From Candidatus Zambryskiibacteriota bacterium (lineage in GTDB: Bacteria > Patescibacteriota > Minisyncoccia > Phycocordibacterales > WO2-35-19), in contig JASNZL010000009.1 in the NCBI GenBank assembly GCA_048499675.1, positions 303-64,302 of the forward strand: a stretch of 64,000 bases of DNA. The letters are read 5' to 3'. Positions 58,861 through 64,000 of the stretch are shown piece by piece. Position 1 is the first letter of the stretch; every line of letters begins with the position of its first letter. The position numbers were made by a program, and so were the translations under genes. The notes beneath the pieces were generated by a model. That model was given only the letters and a program-made list of their open reading frames with translations, was not told the DNA's origin and made no database searches.

Positions 58861-60750
58861 TTAACTTTTTGTCTCGTCTGGTTTGTCCTCTGTTTTTGGT
58901 TCTTCAGACTTATTTTCTTCGACTGGATTCTGACCACTCGATTCTGGATTATTTTTCTTCATCTCCTCACCTATTTTTTGCATTTCTTTTGAGAGTTCCT
59001 CGGTTGCTTTCTTGATTAGATCAATATCTTCACCTTCTTTTGCTTTTTTAAGCTCATCTATTTTTGAATTTATCCCCGTTTTTACTTCATCAGATACCTT
59101 TCCTTCTGCATCTTTAAGTGCTTTCTCTGCAGTATAAACCATTTGCTCTGAAAGATTTCTTGCTTCTGCCAAATCTTTTTTCTTTTGGTCCTCTGAAGCA
59201 TGAGCTTCTGCCTCCTTTTGCATTCTTTCAATGTCTTCCTTTGAAAGACCAGATGAACCCTCAATCTTGATAGATTGCTCTTTTCCACTTGATTTGTCTT
59301 TTGCTTTGACATTCAAAATACCATTTGCATCAATATCAAAGGTAACTTCAACTTGTGGCACACCTCTCGGAGCTGGCGGAATTCCATCAAGAATAAATCT
59401 ACCCAAAGACCTGTTGTCGTTTGCAAGAGGTCTTTCTCCTTGAACTATATGTATTTCAACACTTGTTTGATTGTCAGCTGCCGTTGAAAAAACTTGAGAA
59501 CGGGACGCTGGAACAGTTGTATTTCTTTCTATAAGTTTTGTAGCCACACCTCCCATTGTCTCAATCCCCAAAGATAGTGGAATGACATCCAAAAGCAAAA
59601 TATCTTTTACATCTCCTGCTATAATACCTCCTTGAATAGCAGCACCGAGTGCCACCACTTCGTCTGGGTTGATAGATTTGTTTGGTTCTTTACCAAAAAA
59701 TCTCTTAACTTCTTCAACTATTTTTGGCATTCTTGTTTGACCTCCCACCAAAACAACCTCTTCTATTTCGTTTACCTTGAATGGAGAAGCTTCTATTGCC
59801 CTCTTTGTTATATCTATTGCTCTTTGTATAAACTCGTCAGCAATTTCCTCCAATTTAGCTCTCGTCATTTTTATTAAGAGGTGCCTTGGACCACTTGAAT
59901 CAGAAGTAATGAATGGAATATTTACTTCTGTTTCCATTGCTGTTGAGAGTTCTATTTTTGCTTTTTCTGATGCCTCGTCCAATCTCTGCAAAGCAAGCGG
60001 GTCTTTTGTGATATCAATTCCCGACTCTTTTTTGAATTCCTCAGCAAGCCAGTGAATTATTTTTTGGTCTATATCTTTTCCGCCCAAGTGACTATCACCA
60101 TCTGTTGATTTCACCTCAACCACATCATCTCCAACTTCTAGGATTGAAATATCAAAAGTTCCACCTCCAAAGTCAAAGACGGCAATTTGTTCGTTTTTCT
60201 TTTTGTTAAACCCATAAGCAAGCGCTGCCGCTGTTGGTTCGTTAATAATTCTTTTTACATCAAGGCCAGCAATTGCGCCTGCATCTTTTGTCGCCTTTCT
60301 TTGAGCATCATTAAAGTATGCCGGCACAGTGATTATCGCTTCTGTAATTTTCTCTCCCAACTTTGCTTCTGCATCTGCTTTTAGTTTTGAAAGAATCATT
60401 GCCGATATTTCTTCTGGTCGATAATTCTTTTCTCCTATTTTTATGTTTACCCCACCTGTTTCTGACTTAGTCATTTCATACGGCACAGTTTTTAAGTCCT
60501 TTTGAACAGCTTCTTCTTCAAAATTGTGCCCTATAAATCTTTTTATGCCGAAAACTGTGTTTTTTGGATTTGTAACAGCTTGTCGTCTTGCAAGAAGACC
60601 CACCAATCTCTCTCCAGTTTTTGAGACAGCAACAATAGAAGGAGTCGTTCTCGCACCTTCTGCGTTTTCAATTATTTTTGGATTTCCTGATTCCATTACA
60701 GCTACTGCGCAGTTTGTTGTTCCTAAGTCAATTCCTATTATTTTACTCAT
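58861..60750 (-). CDS. dnaK: molecular chaperone DnaK (Hsp70)
   Basis: [22 protein letters not shown] and other Hsp70 signatures. Confidence 0.95.
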   Translation of the reverse strand: MSKIIGIDLGTTNCAVAVMESGNPKIIENAEGARTTPSIVAVSKTGERLVGLLARRQAVTNPKNTVFGIKRFIGHNFEEEAVQKDLKTVPYEMTKSETGGVNIKIGEKNYRPEEISAMILSKLKADAEAKLGEKITEAIITVPAYFNDAQRKATKDAGAIAGLDVKRIINEPTAAALAYGFNKKKNEQIAVFDFGGGTFDISILEVGDDVVEVKSTDGDSHLGGKDIDQKIIHWLAEEFKKESGIDITKDPLALQRLDEASEKAKIELSTAMETEVNIPFITSDSSGPRHLLIKMTRAKLEEIADEFIQRAIDITKRAIEASPFKVNEIEEVVLVGGQTRMPKIVEEVKRFFGKEPNKSINPDEVVALGAAIQGGIIAGDVKDILLLDVIPLSLGIETMGGVATKLIERNTTVPASRSQVFSTAADNQTSVEIHIVQGERPLANDNRSLGRFILDGIPPAPRGVPQVEVTFDIDANGILNVKAKDKSSGKEQSIKIEGSSGLSKEDIERMQKEAEAHASEDQKKKDLAEARNLSEQMVYTAEKALKDAEGKVSDEVKTGINSKIDELKKAKEGEDIDLIKKATEELSKEMQKIGEEMKKNNPESSGQNPVEENKSEEPKTEDKPDETKS

Positions 60751-60792
60751 ATCTTTTTTTCATTAATTTATAATAATTAATTGCGACACTTA

Positions 60793-60880
60793 TCCACCTG
60801 CCCGCAATGCTATCGCATACGCGTTGCAGGCGGGCCTGCCCGCAATGCTATCGCATACGCGTTGCAGGCGGGCGAATTCA
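60793..60880. repeat. GC-rich REP-like element, two tandem 43-bp units (family 1)
   Basis: cctgcccgcaatgctatcgcatacgcgttgcaggcgggc x2, about 95% identical to 10678-10720. Confidence 0.6.
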
Positions 60881-61082
60881 TCCAACTTCGCTCCGAATTC
60901 GCGAAGCTACGTTGGACAAGTGCGAATGACACGAATAAAAAATCAATTTCATCTCTTAAATTAGTGTCATTCGAGTTAATTCGTAATTCGTATCGAGTAT
61001 AAATTATACTCCCGACCACCCTCTTTGTGCACTTGCATTTTTACTTCAAATTTGGTATAATATAGGTAGGAGGTTTTGAACC

Positions 61083-61346
61083 ATGTATGCTGCTTATGCC
61101 CTGTTTGGCTTTTCGCTACTCAGTGTTGTGCTTGGGTTGATTTGTCTTTTCAAGGACTCACCTGATCAGGGTTACACAAAATCAGTCAACGTTTCAGTTC
61201 TCTTTTTCTCTGCCGGCTGCCTGTCGATTGTGGCAGCAGTGGCCAAATATCTCTTCGGGTGAAGAACATGAATTTGACGGAACCCATGAGCTGCCAAGAC
61301 ATCAAACCGGCGGCTTTTTTCTTGTCTAAAACCTCCAAGCTCTTAG
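61083..61346 (+). CDS. small hydrophobic protein, 87 aa by my reading (N-terminal TM helix). Not present in the supplied ORF track.
   Basis: Extended -10 TGgTATAAT at 61052-61059, -35 TTACTT, RBS AGGAGG 9 nt upstream of ATG. GC-richer cassette next to REP. If I miscounted by one base the ORF would end at TGA 61261 (59 aa). Confidence 0.35.
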
Positions 61347-61388
61347 CTCCGAACTTCTTCGATATTTAATTTTTCAATTTTCAATCTT

Positions 61389-61970
61389 TTAATTTTCAAT
61401 TCTGTATTCCCCCACCTTCACCTTCGGCGCCCTTATTATTCTATCCTGTAATTTATAACCCACACTCACCACCTCAATTATTTTGTGATCATCTTCCTCC
61501 TTTTCTACCTCTACACTCTCTACCGCCTCATCTCTCTCTGGATCAAATTTTTCTCCAAGTGGATTTACCACCGAAACACCATGATTTCCTAAAACATTCA
61601 AAAGTTGACTATGAATATATTCAACCCCCACTCTCCAATTCTTATCAACCTTCTCCCACGCTTCTTTGTTTTTAAAAGCACTCTCAAAAGAATCAAGAAC
61701 AGGAATTATTTCGGTTGCAATATCTTCCTTGGCAAATTTAGCAAAATCTCTCTTTTCTTCTTCCAGTCTTTTTCTTAGATTCACACCGTCCGCTCTCTCT
61801 TTTTGCCAACCAGTCAAGTATTCCCTATTCTCGGCCTCAAGCTTCTTGATTTTTTCTCGTAGTTTCTTTATGACACCAGACTGATTCCCTTCTTCACCAT
61901 CTTCACCAATATTGTCATCAAAAACAACATCTTCTCCTATGTCTTTTTTTTCTTCTTTATCCTTATTCAT
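61389..61970 (-). CDS. grpE: nucleotide exchange factor GrpE
   Basis: Coiled-coil N-terminus. C-terminal GEKFDPERDEAVESV...VVSVGYKLQDRIIRAPKV matches the GrpE signature. Confidence 0.8.
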   Translation of the reverse strand: MNKDKEEKKDIGEDVVFDDNIGEDGEEGNQSGVIKKLREKIKKLEAENREYLTGWQKERADGVNLRKRLEEEKRDFAKFAKEDIATEIIPVLDSFESAFKNKEAWEKVDKNWRVGVEYIHSQLLNVLGNHGVSVVNPLGEKFDPERDEAVESVEVEKEEDDHKIIEVVSVGYKLQDRIIRAPKVKVGEYRIEN

Positions 61971-62183
61971 AGAAAATACTTTAAATTATTTTTAACCTTT
62001 ATACAAAAGTATTATTCAATATTTTTAGAATAATTAGGTTAATTAGAACAATTAGAAATTTTATTCTATCGTTTTGACCACTGCGGAGCCTTCCTTTTCC
62101 CGTAAAGCAAGCAGAGCTTGCCACGGGACTGCGGAAGGCTAACGTGATTTTAACAATGTGCAAAATATGTTGCAAATCGTTAA

Positions 62184-62588
62184 CTAACGCTTTGACCACT
62201 GCGGAGCCTTCCTTGCCTTCTTCAGGCCGAATTTTCTTCTTTCTTTTGATCTTGGATCTCTCTTTAGATAACCTGCTTTTTTTAGTTTTTCTCTAAGTTC
62301 TGATTCATTTTTTATCAAAGCTCTTGAAATAGCCTGTCTTAGCGCCTCGGCTTGAGAATGAACTCCTCCACCTTTGAGTACAACAGATACAGAAAATTCT
62401 CCGGCCTTCGCTTTGTTTATTGGACTTTCGATTATTTTTCTCAACTCTACAGTTGGAAAATACGTATCCAAATTTCTGTCATTTATTATGTAAGAAGTTT
62501 TTGAAGAAGGGGTAATTCTCGCTCTTGCGACAGATGTCTTTCTTCTTCCAATGCCTTCTATGTATTTTGTATCTTTTGTTACAGTCAT
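62184..62588 (-). CDS. rpsI: 30S ribosomal protein S9
   Basis: GRRKTSVARARI...RDPRSKERRKFGLKKARKAPQWSKR is a canonical S9 C-terminus. Confidence 0.9.
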   Translation of the reverse strand: MTVTKDTKYIEGIGRRKTSVARARITPSSKTSYIINDRNLDTYFPTVELRKIIESPINKAKAGEFSVSVVLKGGGVHSQAEALRQAISRALIKNESELREKLKKAGYLKRDPRSKERRKFGLKKARKAPQWSKR

Positions 62589-62592
62589 CTTA

Positions 62593-62970
62593 TTAATCTT
62601 TTATTACTAAGTTTTTCATCATTCTATCTCTTAATTTGTTTTTGGGAAGCATACCTTTCACAGCAATCCTTAGTGCCTCTTTCATTCCCTTCTTCTCCAC
62701 TGTCTTTTTCATTGTTACTTCTTTAAGACCTCCTGGGTAGCCAGAGTAAGTTTTGAAAACTTTGCTCTCCATCTTTCTGTTTGTTGTAGAAATTTTAGAA
62801 GCATTCTCAATTTTAACTTTTGTATCTGGGATAGCATTTCTAACAAAATCTGTTCTATTTTTCCCCATTAAATACGATGCTGCTTGGCTCGCAATTCTTC
62901 CCAATTTTTTTCCTTGTGCATCTATTGTATGTTCCATAATTTTGAATTTAAATTTTGATTCTTTATACAA
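62593..62970 (-). CDS. rplM: 50S ribosomal protein L13
   Basis: IDAQGKKLGRIASQAASYLMGKNRTDF matches the L13 N-terminus. Confidence 0.8.
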   Translation of the reverse strand: MYKESKFKFKIMEHTIDAQGKKLGRIASQAASYLMGKNRTDFVRNAIPDTKVKIENASKISTTNRKMESKVFKTYSGYPGGLKEVTMKKTVEKKGMKEALRIAVKGMLPKNKLRDRMMKNLVIKD

Positions 62971-63310
62971 AACTTATAATGGCCATCTTACTCCCATCAG
63001 ACAATCTTCTAGGTAACTTGTTTATTCTTGTGTAGCCACCATTTCTCTTCTCATATCTCTTTGAAAGGTCATCAAACATAATTTTCATAGCTTTTGGTCC
63101 AACCGCCGTTACAACATCTCTCTTTGCTGAAACTGTTTGAAGTTTTGATTTTGTCACCAATTTTTCAATAAAAGGTCTTAGCTCTTTTGCTTTTGCTTCT
63201 GTAGTTTCTATTTTTTCATGCAACACCAAAGATCTAGCAAGCGAATTAATTAAAGCTTTTCTAACTTTTGTTACTCTTCCAAATTTTCTGTTTTGATTGT
63301 GGTGTCTCAT
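62963..63310 (-). CDS. rplQ: 50S ribosomal protein L17
   Basis: MRHHNQNRKFGRVTKVRKALINSLARSLVLHEKIETTEAKAKELR matches L17. Confidence 0.85.
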   Translation of the reverse strand: MRHHNQNRKFGRVTKVRKALINSLARSLVLHEKIETTEAKAKELRPFIEKLVTKSKLQTVSAKRDVVTAVGPKAMKIMFDDLSKRYEKRNGGYTRINKLPRRLSDGSKMAIISFV

Positions 63311-63359
63311 TGTTGTTATTCTTCTTTACTTTATGAACTTTCTAACTTTTAACCTTTTA

Positions 63360-64000
63360 CTACTTAAGTGTTATCCCATTCTCTGCCAATACTCTTTTTA
63401 TTTCTGCAACTCCCTTAGCGCCCAACCCCTCGACTTCTAGAATATCTTTTTCTTTCTTTCTTACGAGTCCGCCGAGCGTCCTTATGTTTGCACTTGAAAG
63501 AGCATTAAGTGTCCTAGCACTCAAATCCATACTCTCAATGCGTGTTTTCAAAAACTCTGGGTCCAACTTCTTTGTATCTGTGTGAGCTCCCTCGTCACTT
63601 GAATCTTCTTCTGATTCAGATGAATTCAACTCTTCTGATTCTTGAATATCTTCAAAACCTGTAATGGCTTTTAGTTGACCTATCATAATATTAATAGATT
63701 GTAGCAATGCATCTTTTGGTGAAATACTTCCATCTGTCTCTATATTAATTCTCAATCTGTTGAAATCAGTTCTGTCTCCAACTCTCATATTTTCAACCTC
63801 ATAACTAACTCTTCTGATTGGTGTGAAGTTTGCATCCAAAACTATTGTTCCTATATCAACTTTATCTTTTCCTACATTATCTCTAGCTATAAAACCCAAA
63901 CCTCTCTCCACTGTCATTTCTATATTTAACTCAGAATTTTTATCAGTAAGAGTAGCCAAAACAAGATCAGGATTAATAACTTCTACTTGACCAGGTACAG
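63360..64000 (-). CDS. rpoA: DNA-directed RNA polymerase subunit alpha (C-terminal part; the gene continues beyond the window end)
   Basis: Alpha-CTD motif LSARTLNALSSANIRTLGGLV..EVEGLGAKGVAEIKRVL. The frame is open to the window edge. Confidence 0.8.
   Translation of the reverse strand, partial: VPGQVEVINPDLVLATLTDKNSELNIEMTVERGLGFIARDNVGKDKVDIGTIVLDANFTPIRRVSYEVENMRVGDRTDFNRLRINIETDGSISPKDALLQSINIMIGQLKAITGFEDIQESEELNSSESEEDSSDEGAHTDTKKLDPEFLKTRIESMDLSARTLNALSSANIRTLGGLVRKKEKDILEVEGLGAKGVAEIKRVLAENGITLK

Noticed and set aside
28495-61400. AATTCTAATTTT / TTAATTTTCAATTCT AT-rich motifs recurring at 28495-28560, 57560-57600 and 61365-61400
   Set aside because: Low-complexity AT-rich sequence in an AT-rich genome. 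Recurrence is plausibly by chance, so it is noted but not called a feature.
60751-62180. CIRCE/HrcA operator (TTAGCACTC-N9-GAGTGCTAA) upstream of grpE/dnaK
   Set aside because: Searched both intergenic regions by eye and found no match to the CIRCE inverted repeat.

Overview
AT-rich (~33-35% GC) bacterial window with compact gene packing. Most genes are on the minus strand, and gene content and style suggest a Patescibacteria/CPR-like genome (inference). Housekeeping genes are confidently recognisable: rpoA (truncated at the window end), rplQ, rplM, rpsI, grpE, dnaK, dnaJ, a P-type ATPase, gatB, lepA, cysS, pheS, rpmA, rplI, ctpA-like S41 protease, corA, murJ, tRNA-Gly(CCC) and a MacAB-like ABC efflux set. 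Several unusual structures are superimposed on this. (1) Between ~23.0 and 38.0 kb nearly every intergenic gap is filled by strand-consistent degenerate 9-bp tandem-repeat arrays (consensus YNGTCCTAT on the + strand) with conserved internal blocks. (2) A GC-rich (~50%) island at 0.48-4.4 kb has two tandem secreted paralogs (~390 aa each) plus two unrelated small acidic ORFs that share an identical ~62-nt promoter/5' leader with a GNRA hairpin. (3) A ~570-bp element with ~42-bp terminal inverted repeats and a GxxExxY protein as cargo sits exactly between the permease and ATPase genes of the MacAB operon, and a solo copy of the same terminal repeat elsewhere is split by a GC-rich REP-like palindrome. 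(4) Two families of GC-rich REP-like palindromes occur at four loci, near an IS200/RAYT-like HUH transposase gene. (5) A YhbQ-like GIY-YIG nuclease gene overlaps the 5' end of tRNA-Gly, with extra partial copies of the tRNA 5' half and 3' end on either side. (6) A ~19-kb block (28.9-47.2 kb) encodes large secreted or surface proteins: 4x LamG, DUF2341+LamG x2, a 1635-aa beta-repeat fibre, an FN3 membrane protein and a WxL-like triad. A small ORF with a strong promoter and RBS in a GC-rich cassette between dnaK and grpE is not in the supplied ORF track. No CRISPR array, rRNA or reverse transcriptase was seen.
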